A stretch of 63,970 nucleotides of DNA, filler included, from Lenisia limosa (GCA_001655205.1; 6 parts of 6 records of this genome joined end to end with filler, not necessarily neighbours in it), one strand, 5' to 3'; counted from the whole stretch's first letter, positions 24,961-38,498 are shown. The notes: generated by a model from the letters alone, not told the origin. Made by a program: numbers and translations.

Positions 24961-26139
24961 CGGCTGAAAGAATAAGAACAGATAGCAAAGAGTAGCCTTC
25001 TTATACAACTGTACATATCATATCATATTCACATAGTATATTAGTCTACTCAATTTGACATAAAAAAAATCTCAATTTTCAAAAAAAATTGCTTACATCA
25101 ACTCATCTTCATTGGCGGCAGTTTTCTAGTTATTTGCAAGTTACCCTGGTGTTTCTCCTTGTATCTTTTTTGTTTTTTGTCTCTGCTTTGTCAATAATTA
25201 TTTTGAAACCAAGTTAACTTTACATTAAATAAGACCTAGGGATACAAAAAACCTAAAGATATAATAAACATTACCATTCAACTGCGTGGCAGGAGTTATT
25301 CATGAAGCCTCCCCCCCCCCCCCCNNNNNNNNNNNNNNNNNNNNNNNNNNNNNNNNNNNNNNNNNNNNNNNNNNNNNNNNNNNNNNNNNNNNNNNNNNNN
25401 NNNNNNNNNNNNNNNNNNNNNNNNNNNNNNNTGGCAAATGGAGTCTATCAAAACGGAGCACAAAACAAAGAAGAAATCTGGTTGGTGTTGGTTGTTTTAA
25501 GACAAGACCACTTGAGGAAGCTCTTTTGTAAATCAGATAATAAAAGCGCCATATTCCCCATATAGCTGTACATAGTATTAGTCCTTTTGACATTTTTACA
25601 TATGATATTGTAATTGTAATATCAGCTGAACAAACATTTACCCCCCTCTCCAGAGGAGACCGTGGACCGAATAGCCTTTTTGACTGGGGGTTCTTCAGCA
25701 ACTACTTCGCCTTGGCAAGTACGTGGTTTTTATAGTTTTTGTTATAATTAAATATTATATCACATTATAACTCACCACTATATACTCTGTTTACCCCAGG
25801 CTATATTAATACCTGAACAACCCAGGCTATATCGAATAAATGGGCATCTCGCGCCGCCGGAGTTGCCGTTCCCGTGGTTCTGTCTTCCTACCCCTCGCTT
25901 CCGGATGAGGGAGGTCTTTCGGAGGACATAATGGTATGCGCGGTTTGAGCCTGAATTAAATTTATGACTTTCCTGTGGTTTGTACTTTATAGATTTGATT
26001 ATGTTGGAAGATTTCAGCATTTGTTTTAAATATTAATAACCCTTGTTATTGTTCACAAACATCTTTGTTTTTGTTGAATATAATTTTTATTCTTGTGTTT
26101 CTTGTTTGTTTTTCAGAGTTTGAACTTTCAGGATGAACA

Positions 26140-26544
26140 ATGGGACTACTCACTAAACAACGATCAAAGGTGCGGATTGGGAGGAGGAGGGGGGTGACTA
26201 GGCTTTCCCTACAATCCGAAATAGGCGGCTGGCCTGGGCTTTGTNNNNNNNNNNNNNNNNNNNNNNNNNNNNNNNNNNNNNNNNNNNNNNNNNNNNNNNN
26301 NNNNNNNNNNNNNNNNNNNNNNNNNNNNNNNNNNNNNNNNNNNNNNNNNNNNNNNNAGGAAGACGACCAAGATTCGGACTTCGAAAAGGCCTCGGAGTCC
26401 GAGCCACCGGACCTGCCGTCCGAGCATCTTTCTGAGCACCCTTCTGACCACCCCTCCGACCTGCCCTCAGCACGACCCTCACCCGGGAGCACACCGGGTG
26501 ATCTGACGTTTACACCGCATCCCGGTAGGAGAAAAATTCTCTAG
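26140..26544 (+). CDS. Hypothetical low-complexity protein fragment with PSEH/PSDH repeats
   Basis: EDDQDSDFEKASESEPPDLPSEHLSEHPSDHPSDLPSARPSPGSTP after a gap; upstream exon ends at a GT donor near 26170. Confidence 0.35.
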   Translation: MGLLTKQRSKVRIGRRRGVTRLSLQSEIGGWPGLCXXXXXXXXXXXXXXXXXXXXXXXXXXXXXXXXXXXXXXEDDQDSDFEKASESEPPDLPSEHLSEHPSDHPSDLPSARPSPGSTPGDLTFTPHPGRRKIL

Positions 26545-26757
26545 AATCCCTAAATGGACTGAATTTCTCAATGATACTTGATTTTTTAATTTGTCCTTTT
26601 TTGGACTTTAGGAAAGCTGTGTCACTTGCTCATGTTACTTTACTAAGATATTGTATATGCTGCTGCACCAAAACCGTGTCATTAATTCAGAAACCGTGTC
26701 ATTAATTATTTTTNNNNNNNNNNNNNNNNNNNNNNNNNNNNNNNNNNNNNNNNNNNN

Positions 26758-26769
26758 TTAATTAATTAA
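26758..26769. other. Artificial contig-joining linker
   Basis: Same 44N-TTAATTAATTAA-44N spacer. Confidence 0.97.
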
Positions 26770-26826
26770 NNNNNNNNNNNNNNNNNNNNNNNNNNNNNNN
26801 NNNNNNNNNNNNNCCCCCCCCCCCAC

Positions 26827-29056
26827 AGTAACGTGGGTGTCCTCAGCGTCAGTGACCTTCATCTTGACAAGCATACCAGGCCTGACGTGATGCAGATGCA
26901 TGTTTTCGGGAGTGGCAGCCTGGGGAGTAAAATTGGAATAGTTATGAAACAAAAAAAGCCCAAGATCGACTCTGTTAGCTGACAAAACACGAGGGTTGAG
27001 AACAACAAAACTAACAAAGCCTAGGCCAGTCGCTTCTTAGCAGCCTTATGATATAGAATGTTGGGAGGCAGAATTTGGGGGGGGGGGGNNNNNNNNNNNN
27101 NNNNNNNNNNNNNNNNNNNNNNNNNNNNNNNNNNNNNNNNNNNNNNNNNNNNNNNNNNNNNNNNNNNNNNNNNNNNNNNNNNNNNNNNNNNNAGGGTTGA
27201 AACAAAACAAATAAAACCCGGTCCAGTAAATTCTGCAGCACCCAATTACAATCGCAAAAAGGGGTACAAAGAAGAATTAAAGAAAAACACCCTAATAAAT
27301 AACCCAACTTTTCATATAATTGGTGCACTCTATCAACCATAAGGGATCAGACGCCCATCCTCTCACGGGAGCAATGCATTGTTCTTCGTCCTTCAGGGAA
27401 AGCTCGAGGACCTTGGTCTTGACCTTCTTGACGATGAAGCTCAGAACACAGCCAACTGGGAGGGGCGATTCTGGAGGATAAGCTGGGGGGACTCTGGAAG
27501 ATAAGCTGGGAGGTTCTGGAGGGGGTGCAACTTTCCATGATTATCTTATGTGGAATCCTTAGTTATGCAATTGTGTTTAATGATCCCTAGATAATTTCTT
27601 GTATTTTATTGCTTCCAAAAAATTTATGTCTACCTCCCTCCCCATACCCAGTTCAGGCACGTTCTTGGTGTTAACGAAAGCGCTGACGTCATCGGTCCCG
27701 AGGTCCACAACATAGCCATGATCCTCAACAGACTTGATGCAGCCTTGAAGCCTCTGATGTGGTCAAATAGTGTGGTGTGTTACTGAATGAGGATAGTTAG
27801 GAGTGTTAATACGTGTTAACCTCTGTATGTGTGATGAAACTGGATCATGACTTTAGATGGAGAGGGGTTCACCCTTAAGATACACAAAAGCCAGCAGCAA
27901 AAGGGTACTTGGATGAAGGGGGCAATAAATAACCATAGTCACTGCACCACACACCTGGCCTTCAACAATTCCTTTGGTGCTGATTCCCTTGTTCACATCG
28001 GAAGGGTTGCAGGATAGAATGACACCTTCAGAGTAAGGAAGGAAAAGTGGGTGAGCACAGTACCTATTGGCGAAGAATCCCCCCCCCCCCNNNNNNNNNN
28101 NNNNNNNNNNNNNNNNNNNNNNNNNNNNNNNNNNNNNNNNNNNNNNNNNNNNNNNNNNNNNNNNNNNNNNNNNNNNNNNNNNNNNNNNNTCCAGTAAACA
28201 GCTTTTGAAGGTTGGGGGCCTGTAAGCGTAAACGTAAGACTGCATAACAACTACATCTTCATCTCTTTCTTTCACTATCAACCCTATTGACTAAACTAAA
28301 TGTATACAGGGGAAAACATGACCTGCAATACTATCATTTCAACGTAATACATATCCCTCAGTTTTAATCAAGTCTTATCAGCAGATACAATCTGGCAAAT
28401 AAAGTGCCCAATTGTGCAAGATCAAGCGATATTAATGTCCCTTCACCCACATTTCCTTTGCCTCTAGCAGCGTCGGCAACAGCGTCTGAGATTTGTTTTG
28501 AGATGGCAGTGATATGGAGAACACCATAGAGGCCATATGGAAGGGAGATCCCAACAGAGGTATCATTCACACGCATGACACAGCCAAGAAGAGAGGTACC
28601 GTTTACAAGGTCCTATTAAGGTTATGAGATTCAATGAAGTGGCAAGAGAGGGCAGAGGGTAATCGTGCGAGAGGCTTTCCGACCCACCTTGCGTGAAAGG
28701 CCGAAGGAGGGGGCGTTTCGACGCTTTGTAGAGTTCTGGCGATCATATTTTGCCTTCTTCTTGCTTTCAAGCACGTCTCTCTTACTCTTTTTCTTGGAAT
28801 CGAAAACATTATTGATGGCTTCATTTTTGCTTTGAACCTTCAAGGCGTGGGTTTCGAAGGCATTGAGCCCGCTACCACCACCGCGAGGAAAGGCTTTTGT
28901 CCTAGATAATTTAGTGAAAACCTATGAATGCCGGTATCCCATCTTTATACGCCTTAAAAGTGATTCATTAATAAACCTGACATACTCATCGGTCTTAGAA
29001 CGCTTAGCTCCTTCAGGAAGATGACCCTGCTGGCGCTTCAACTTTGTGACGCCCAT
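26827..29056 (-). CDS. RRP5: rRNA biogenesis protein RRP5/PDCD11, N-terminal S1 domains (3' truncated)
   Basis: AFPRGGGSGL N-terminal motif, VGISLPYGLYGVLHITAIS, LQGCIKSVEDHGYVVDLG (Rrp5 hallmark), VRPGMLVKMKVTD S1 repeats. Confidence 0.93.
26920..27045 (-). repeat. Intronic repeat family C, copy in an RRP5 intron ending at the 3' splice site
   Basis: Sense GAAGCGACTGGCCTAGGCTTTG...TTGTTCTCAACCC...GTCAGCTAACAGAGTCGATCTTGGGCTTTTTTTGTTTCATAA...TTTTACTCCCCAG; near-identical blocks at 63817-63970, 63131-63186, 38795-38835, 27193-27243, 19100-19146 and 26224-26244. Confidence 0.8.
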
Positions 29057-29332
29057 TATTCACTGCTTTAAGTATATATAACGCAATACACCAATCAAAG
29101 AACAGCCTATATGTCGTAAAAGGAGTTACTTTTGAAAATTTCAACTTAAGAGTTGTACCCGTGATTTTATACACTCAAAATTTTGTGCTGTAACGCACCC
29201 TCTTTCACCTTTCCATACCTATATACACCTATTCAGCACATGCAAATGAATTAAGCGCACTATACTCAAAAACTCCCAACCACCTCCAATTCACTTCTGA
29301 AATGCAAGTCTCTTCATTTTGTTGAATTGGTC

Positions 29333-32300
29333 ATGGAAGACTTATCGCATGAGCAGGAGGCCCTTTCATGGAAAAAGAAGGGAAACTCACAGTATAAGTA
29401 GGTTTTTGGAGGCATTTTGTTTTCATTGTTTTTTTTTTTGGCGGTTTGTTGTTGTCTTTTGAAATCTTGATTTATTATCTATCAGAAAGGGCAATTTTGA
29501 TGCTGCCGTTAAGGCCTACGAAGCTGGTGCCGATTTAATAGTTTGGGGGTACCTAAATTAGTATACTTACGGGTGCTGCTCAGAAAGATGTCAAAATGAA
29601 CGCATTTTTATTCCATAGTTTTGACTAAACTTTCAACAGGCTGTATCGTCGCCTTTGCGTGCTGCCCTCCTCAATAACCTCACACAATGTCACATCCAAC
29701 AGGAAGACTACGAGGCTGTTGGGTATTGGTCTTCCAAATCAAACCTGAGGAATAATAAGCCACTAAGCAATTCTTTTATGATATAATAAATCGTCATTTT
29801 ATTGACACACGTAGGCGCTGGAAACCGCTGAGAAATCTGTTCTTTATGACCCCACAAATCTGAAGGTATGTAATATATTATATTTGACATATCAGAGTTA
29901 GATTTTTTGAAATGATCCCATCATTACAGAAATTATGGTGGTCACTATTTCATCCTATTGCCTTCACTAACCCCAGGCACTGGAACGTCGTCTCAAATGC
30001 CTTCTAAAACTCAACAAAGCCAAACAAGTTGCTCCGGGTAGGAGATGTTGAGTATTGGCGGAAAGTTTTGACCTGCCCGATCTACTGCATCCTCCTCACC
30101 CCCTCACCCCCAGCCCTTAACCGATTACTGAAGTGTTTGAGTCCCGAGGAAGCTGAGCGGCTGGTTGCACGGTTCAAAGACGAACTGTAGGCAATTGTAC
30201 ACGATATAGTACAACTAAGAACGTAGTGTATTTTACCATTCTTTTTAGCACAATAGAGTGATAATAATCACCTAGGGATTCGGTATTAGTGGCGCTTCCC
30301 GAAATTGAAAAGTCGCCTTTTGCCATCAAACTGCAAAATGATTTCTCGCAAGCCCTCTTGGAATATTCGCGACAGGTGAGTTATGATCGATCAAGAACAA
30401 GGAGATAAAAGTGGATATCTGATAATTACATGATCGTATTGGCTGTTTTAAAATAGATTAGGTCACGCTTTTGGCAGTCGTTTTGTCAGAAAAGTAAAGT
30501 TCAATAAGATATGTATGATACGTATTAGGTAGAAACAATAAACAACGAGTGCCACCCCATCATCCTTCTTTACCCTCAGGCTGACAAATCTGCGTGGCTT
30601 AAGAGCCAGTGTCCCTGGCTGAAGTCCTATGAAGTTGGTGGTGCAAATGGATGATGATACGTAAACAAACCCATACTCTCTCCAGATATTTCTTTACCTC
30701 TCAGATGGAATTCTTCATCAAGGAGTTTGAGTCTCTTTGTGACATGTATCCTCGGATGTTGGCCTCTGTTGACGAGTTTGACCTTGGTCAGCCGTGGTCA
30801 ATTGCCATTTTACCGCAAAAGTCTGGGGGTGGCTTACCCGAACCCAAATTCATCATCTTTACCAAACCTGCTAAGCACTCTTTCTCTACGTTAACGCCTA
30901 TATTGAATGAAGCCTTTGCTCCCCCCAGGCCGGACCCCCAGACAATGATCCATTTTAACCTCTTTGTGTTTCATAATTTTTTCAATTTTTCTCCAGGTCG
31001 CTGCTTCTCTTCAGAGCGCTCATGCAGGAGTCCAAAGTCAAAATGGCGATCCACCTCTGTGACCCCTCTCTGTGCGGTGTTGAGGAACTGGGGCGGATTG
31101 CTACTGCCTGGTCTTTTGCCTATGTTGAAGTGAAGAAACCTAATGCGGTGTGCGGACTTTTATTCTACGGTTTTTTTTGTTTGTGGCAAAAGCTCGTTGT
31201 TAAATCGTTCCTCTTCACGCTCTTAATATGGTGATTTTCCAAGACATTTCTTCTTTTTTATGAACCAAGGGGACGCCTCAACATAGAATCCGGATATCAC
31301 TCTAACTTCATAGAGCCCCGTTGCTAAAATCGGCCATGTATGCCAGTTGTACGCCTACTTCATGCCGCGCTTCATCTTCAACAAGGGTGCTTTTGAACTA
31401 AAAGTGGGTGACAGCGATCTCATCGCTTGATTTGACATGGCTCATTGCTTTACACATATCTTATTCAATATCATCTCATGATATCATACTTTAGGAACAA
31501 TACATCAAGAGAGGTGGCAATCTTCCCACAAGTAGGTCTCTTTTAATCGAGAGGGGGGGGGGGGGGNNNNNNNNNNNNNNNNNNNNNNNNNNNNNNNNNN
31601 NNNNNNNNNNNNNNNNNNNNNNNNNNNNNNNNNNNNNNNNNNNNNNNNNTTTTTTAAACATAACGATTTACAGTCTTTCTCCAAAGCCAAGGTGATCCAT
31701 TTAACTACGCAGGTTTTCATGAGAATGACATTCTTCGCAGTTTTGAGTATTTTCTACGTAAGTTCGGTGACCATTCCAGTTTTGTCTATTATCTGTTCCT
31801 CAGATAAAAGACGGCTTTTTTTGTTATTTTCTTAAAAACCTCTTTTCGAGCGTTGCTTAATATTTCCTTTTTAACCTAATTAGCCTCTGTGAAGGCTTCC
31901 TATGAAGATCTCACTATCCAAGCCTATAAACTATGTGAGCGAGAACCATGTTGTTTTGCGTTCCATTTTGATGCCATCTGATGAGTTTTCGATATTATTT
32001 ACAGCAGCAGGTGTACATTTATGGCAAAGACTCTATGATAGTATAATACTGCATTGCAAAAATGGTCAACACCCTATCTTTTCGTGGCATTTACCCTCCC
32101 TCCCCCAGACACGTATGCACGAAGCTTCGGCGACTTTATGATGGGTGGGTACAGGTGATCAAGTGTTCAGCATTTGGCACACTATGTTCTCAGCAAATCA
32201 ATACATATTGGTTTCTTATAAATAACAAAGACATGGTACATTTTTATTCTATTATTATTCACTTCCGCCCGGGATAACTGAGAGGCTTCTTAACTCTTGT

Positions 32301-34652
32301 TCCTATTCTTAACTTTTCCGACACCCCTATTCCCACCTCTAACGCCTGTAGCGGAACTTCTTCCTATCCCTGAGATTTATGAGAGAAGCTCCCAAGGTTT
32401 GGACTGTTTCTCAAATGTTAAACTGTTCTTGAGCTGCAACACTCGACGTACATAATACCTTTGATTTTCTTTTTTTTCTCTTGCAATTTACACCTTTTCC
32501 CTTGTGATAACACAGTTTTTATGAGATCTTTTCATTTATCTGTAAGAGAAATGATTAGGGACCTACTATTATAGTACATCCAGGTCTCCGCGTAATGGAC
32601 AGACGCTAATTTATTTCTCAATTCTACATGCCATAATAATTCCTATTTTGTCTTTTCAGACCGTTGCATGTGTTGACCTTTTGCCTAGCTCCGAGCCCCT
32701 TCTCTGAAGACGATCCGAAGGCCTTCCTCACTGAGCCCCGCGATATGAACGCTCTCACAAGGTGCGGGGGGGGGGGNNNNNNNNNNNNNNNNNNNNNNNN
32801 NNNNNNNNNNNNNNNNNNNNNNNNNNNNNNNNNNNNNNNNNNTAAAATCACGGTATGGGAGCACAGAAACGCCACATTAGATGGGTGCATAGGAAAGCCA
32901 CAGTAATATTGGCTGCATAGGAAAGCTCAAGTAATATGGTTGCAAAAGAATTGTCGAATAGCTTGGTAAAACCCTATTACTTGTTTGGAAGTTATCCCCC
33001 TTTTAATTAGTTCCAGATTCTTCCATCTTCGCATTGAGCTGACGAAAGGGTCCCTATTTTCTCTTGAGTATGTCTTGACTGATGAGAAGACTTGCCTCTG
33101 ATATTGTGGCCTTCTTGACCGACATGAATCAAGAGTTTCCTTGGAAAAATCTGACAACTAAAACACTTTATAATATCTAATATACACAGAATATTATATG
33201 ATGATAATTCCAATGACGAGTCTAGGGAGCGCCGTCCTCATGGCAAAAGTGCCATTGATATGTCCATTCTCCAGAAGCAGGTTAAGGTGAGAAAGTGGCG
33301 TTTTGCTTCGTACCATTGCTATTGTTGGGTTTTTCTCTTTGTAGAATTCGCTTTTATCCCACGTATCCCCCCCCAGGACGTTTTTTCCTTCAGCTCGGAC
33401 AGTCTGACTATTTTGGAAGTTGCTGCCGGAAATGGAAGGGTTTGCACTTATGAATTTTTCTCTTACTAATCCTCCACCAAATGCATTACCCACTCCCCTC
33501 TCCCACCGCACACACATGCATCATACATTGTGAGGGATTCTTTCAGTATAAATAATATGTCAGGTAGGATCTCGATACTTATTGAGAGAAATCGAATGCA
33601 AATATAACATTCCTCGTGCCTTCCAATGCAAGTGAAACACTTTGTCATATCATCTTATCTGATATTTAAGCTAGCTGTTTATTTTCACCTGTGTAGGCTG
33701 GGAGGAATCTTCATGATGCCCTTCAAACCATTGACAAAAAGTCTAGAGTCGCTCATACTGATTTGGTCAAATTGGGAAATAATGTTGGCGGGGTGTCTAT
33801 GGTGTTTATTACTGATCCCTTCCAGTTGGCTGCAATAATAAGACCAGTAAACTCTCCATGAATGTGTCTGGAAATTCTATCAATATTTAGATATCGAAGA
33901 AACCTTGTTTGTTTTAAAATATTAGCTTATTTCATGCATTTTATTTTCATTCCAATATAAACGGTACTAATATTGAAAGAGATCCTTCTAACCCTCTCAG
34001 CCCGCCTCACAAAGAGACGTGACTTCAGCCATTGATGACTTCGGCACTGAAGCGGATATTGTGCTATTGGGTATGATGAATGATATTATGGGCATTTATA
34101 ATTCCTTTTATAGTATGATATAATTGGGATTATTGGAAAATATATACTATGTACATACCAGATCAAGTCCCTCACTCACCCTCCCCCAGCCCGACCGGAG
34201 CCAGACGCGTACCTGACATCACGGACGTTGGACGCGTGGACAACCTCCATTGCTTTTGAGGAAGCTGCTTACCTCAGGTAAGGGAATGACCTCAGGGTAA
34301 GACTTACGTTTTGGGTTCCTACAAAATACTGTTTTATTCAACATTTCTTATGCTTGATCACATTTCTGGGTTGTATATGTCAAGACTCCCCTTTTAGACA
34401 TTAACATTAATTTCACTACTTCACCGTTTCAGATCCAGACACACCAACGAGCCCCTTCCGCCGCCAACCAGCGACCGTTATTTCATTTTTGCTGGTAGTC
34501 TGACCAACGGTGAAGACGGCGAGGCTGGCTCGTGGAACTACCTTCGAACACATCCCTTCTGGGAGGTTGTGAGTTGTGAGCCGCATCATGCTGGTGACTT
34601 GGGCGAGTCAGAGGTGCTCATTTTGAAGCTCAATTGGAACAAAGAAGGGTAA
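29333..34652 (+). CDS. TPR-repeat protein with C-terminal class I SAM methyltransferase-like domain
   Basis: MEDLSHEQEALSWKKKGNSQYKKGNFDAAVKAYE, ALLNNLTQCHIQQEDYEAALETAEKSVLYDPTNLKALERR (TPR triplet); C-terminal LTILEVAAGNGRAG (motif I-like), ADIVLLARPEP, RYFIFAG; stop TAA 34650-34652; more than 20 exons. Confidence 0.7.
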
Positions 34653-35182
34653 ATGGTTACTTAGGATGTGCAGGTATTTTGAGAATATAAGAACATGTAA
34701 TATAACAATTCTTGGGAGACGTATAATACTACGTAAAACGTTATGGAATCCTGCGAAACAAAAAGGTATTTTGGAACGAATTCATAATTTATAACAATAG
34801 TTTGTAAATAATACGATCAACGATCTGTTTTCAGTCATGAAAAGTCACCAAAGCTCGCCGATAACGGTTTTATCTTTAAAAAGCCTGGAATAGTCACCCT
34901 ATTTAAGGGAATCAATTTTGACTTTATGACTTTTTATTGATGTTTTGGCTGGGTCTAACTCTGTGAAGGGGCAGTTACTGCTGCCAAACAATAGAATCTC
35001 AAAAATGTAAAACCCTAAATGTTTTTACCCTGCTGTCTGGCAGCTCTGCAGTTATTTTCCACTTGGTATATGATATATGATATACTGTGTATATTCGGTA
35101 ATACCCCTCTGCCAGCGCTACGCCGTGCCAGCAAGTAACTTATGATGTTTTTACTGTGTATATTATACACTCCAGACCAGAA

Positions 35183-35238
35183 CTTAAGTCAGATTTTTGG
35201 GCCTAAACACGGAGTTTCGTCCAAAAATCCGACTTAAG
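35183..35238. repeat. Inverted repeat (hairpin) between convergent genes
   Basis: CTTAAGTCAGATTTTTGG ... CCAAAAATCCGACTTAAG (17/18 complementary, 20-nt spacer). Confidence 0.8.
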
Positions 35239-35441
35239 CATTACTTTTGATACCGTTATTTTGAGTTGGAAGTTGAAACCGTAGTGTTTGTTGCTTCACA
35301 AAAAGCATTGCAATGATAGTTGGTTAAAAATTTGGTTGCATTTCCAACACGTTCCTAACATATTGTCTAAACTTGAGCTGAACACACCTACTAAAACTCT
35401 AACATATCAAAACAGTCCTTTTTTTGTCTGTTTATTGGCCG

Positions 35442-37076
35442 CTAGAGATCTACGGCATTGTCGCCGTATCGACTGTCAAGCCAGTCTCGGGTATCCTGGA
35501 AGGTTATGATATTCCAAACGAAATGTAATATCAATATTGAATGGGTCGAAAAAATAAAGTGAGATGATGATATGGCTGACACGGAAGTTAAATGATAAAG
35601 TCGAATGATTTTGAAGGGGAACCAAGTGATCTTTTTGTTGCACAGGGTGTTCCAGTTTGGGGTAGTTCATAATTCTACAAAGCATTATCGAGAAGGAGTC
35701 AGTTGCTTCAATACTATAGTTGGGTATTCCTTGTTAAATGTCTTTGGTTAATAATAACCACAGGTCACTCCGAGCCGGGTGGTTGGAACATTAGTTCTTC
35801 AGCTCGAAATGAAAACCCCCGTTTCCATGTGACGAGCTTTTCATTCCACCTCTGGATAAAAGTCGTATAATTGTGTCTACATGTAAGTGGGCTCCGACAG
35901 TACACATCATATTTAGTATTCCTCCTAGAAATAACCCAATACAAGGGTACACATTCATTCGGTCTGCCACTTGTGATATGGATTAACAGATCCCGACATA
36001 CACTATAACCTTGCTGGAGCTCCTCTATGGAGCCTCCACATAAACGGACACCTCCTTTAGCTGAAACAATAAAAATCACACACCTGGGCTACATCCAAAA
36101 GTATGATTTGAAGTTCTTGTCAGTGCTCACGGTTTTCAAAAATGATCCATTTGCTTCCTTCAAAAAGAGGGATTCCACAGAGGGCCTCCTGGGTGTATGT
36201 TTCCAAGATGTGCTAGGCAGTGAAATAAACATCGTGTACGTCATACCCAACAAAAGGAGATCAATCCCTCTTTTATTTTCCATATCATTGTAAATTCTTA
36301 GATGTTCAACTTACAGAATCCCAGCCTACTTCCTTGCATTTGCATCCTTTCCACACCCTCGTTGCCTCAAAGCGAACATCCGCCCGCAAACTTAGGATGT
36401 CAAAGATTGTTTGTGCATTTTGAAAGTGTATCTGAAAAAGACAAAAACATAGTCCCTCACCTGAACATGTCACCAATGATTTCCACAAGCTATAACTGTC
36501 AGTGAAGAATCAAAGGTGGTGAATGCGTTTATCAGAATAGCAGAATACTCGATGAATGAAATCGCACCTGTCCCTCAAAAATGGAGGTTGCGCTAGATCG
36601 GTTTTCTTCCATAGTTTGTTCGACACATGAACATGCAAAACTAAAGAAAGTCAAATTTGGTAGTGGCAGTGACCTGGAAGTTCCACAATACAAAGTGATG
36701 AAAAGTACACAATTGTTGACACCTTGTATTCTTCAAATGACCAATATATCACCATATATTATGGCCATATGGCCATATTATCAGCGCTGTAAATACTAGT
36801 CCAGCCAACCTCATGTACGGAAGAATTGAGAAAAGCAAGATAAGAGTGAGAAGTACCCTCATATTGTGGACCAATGTCAAGATGTTCAATTGTTATCTCA
36901 GACAACTTCTTTATATTGCCCCTATTCTTGAACCTGCACTTTTTGCCTTTATAATCAGCATCAATAGAAAATAAGTTTTTCCTCAAAAAGAAGAGGCGAC
37001 AAGTTTCTGATAACCAAAAACGGCAAGTGCATTTATTACTTTTGATGACGCCGTTTGGAATTTTGACCATCTCCAA
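35442..37076 (-). CDS. Hypothetical multi-exon protein
   Basis: Exon-like segments FKNRGNIKKLSEITIEHLDIGPQYE; QIHFQNAQTIFDILSLRADVRFEATR; HILETYTQEALCGIPLFEGSKWIIFEN; TFIQRWNEKLVTWKRGF; DTRDWLDSRYGDNAVDL*. Confidence 0.4.
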
Positions 37077-37266
37077 ACCATATCCGCGGGGTTTTGTGGC
37101 TCATTTTTAATTTTTGGTTTTTTGAGGCAATTACACTGTTCCTATCTGGCTCGTATTGTTGTGTTATTTGATTTTTGCGTTTTTGCGGTCAATTGAAATT
37201 CATGTAGCCAGCTATACTGCCTTCCTTTCGAGTAGCTTGATTTATACCACGACTAAGCTTTGAAAG

Positions 37267-38498
37267 ATGACGTTAGTACAGCAGAAATCCAAGATTGATG
37301 AGCTTTCGGGCTCCACAGAAGCAATAGTCACAGATAGTTTCCTTTCCGACGATGATGCTGTTGAGCCGTCGAAATTTGTCAGATTCTCTCAGCTGAAGAC
37401 CAATATCTTCAACGAGTTCCAAGACCAACAGCTTGAGGAGAAGTTCCGCATTCACTACTACGTAAGCAAATACCAGGCTTCGGTCTCCGTTATTAAACTG
37501 TTTATATCTATTGTATCCAGAAATAAGAGTTATTCTAAAGTTCAAGCACTTACCTTTCTCTTTCATCCGTGACAGAGCCGCGGTTCTCTTTCTTCTTTGT
37601 TTCTTTTACACTAAAATGATTGAGCATTTTGTGTTTTTTTTTTTCCCCTGCTGCCCCACCCCCATATGAAGCCTCATTCCCTCTTGATCATTTGAAATTA
37701 TCACTCTCGTGCCACTTGTTCTGTGAGACAGACTTGTGAGTTGCTACTCAATAAATCTTTTTTTTTCTTCTTCTGATTATTCGATGATTATTATAAACCG
37801 GTAACGTTAACAGAATGTTTCACCATTTGCTTTTTTTTTTTTGATTGCTTTTTATTGTCTTCGTTGGCTTTATGGAGTAGCTCAACTGAGTGTTTAGACA
37901 ACTACAATTCTATTCGCTTCTTTGTTCCTGAAAGTGAACCTACGGATTATTGGATGTGTACCCTGAATTTTTTCACTTTGTGCAGAATGACCAAAAGGCA
38001 CATGTTGGCCGTGGAGGCAAGTTCAGTTCAATTCTGTTCATCAACCTTACGATCATCTACTTTGTTCTTTACGTCACTGGAAAACGTGAAATCGGTAAGA
38101 TGGCCAGTCAAGGCAGCTAACTCCCTTGGGGTGGGAAGAAATGATTGAAGCTAATTGGTATGTGTTAAAAAATAAACAAGATGATTGCTATCAGAGTGTC
38201 GGGGAGTTTCTCGATCTATCCGCTGCAGTGCAATTATCTCACAACATAGGATCTTTCCTTGGAATGGTCATGGCATCGTGTACGTGTCTGCAGTTGGTTA
38301 TTAGCTCCAAGCTCAATAGCTCTTTTGGTATGCCAATAACTGTTTTCCACCGAGTCTCCGTTTTTTAATAATATTTAGTCAATAGAGTTAACTTTCGCTT
38401 ATTGTTCCCCCCTCCAGGGCGACAATGGATGAATTTTTCGTCCGCATTCTTCGGACTGGGCCTGACATTGGCAACTACTACCATCCCCACTATTGCTN
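37267..38498 (+). CDS. Multi-pass membrane protein, N-terminal part (3' truncated)
   Basis: MTLVQQKSKIDELSG...IFNEFQDQQLEEKFRIHYY, then hydrophobic exons (AAVLFLLCFF; IGSFLGMVMASCTCLQL; FSSAFFGLGLTLATTTIP). Confidence 0.5.

Noticed and set aside
29057-29332. TTTTGAAA as a shared bidirectional promoter motif (also near 43845 and 55113)
   Set aside because: Short and AT-rich; expected by chance in these intergenic regions without a genome-wide enrichment test.
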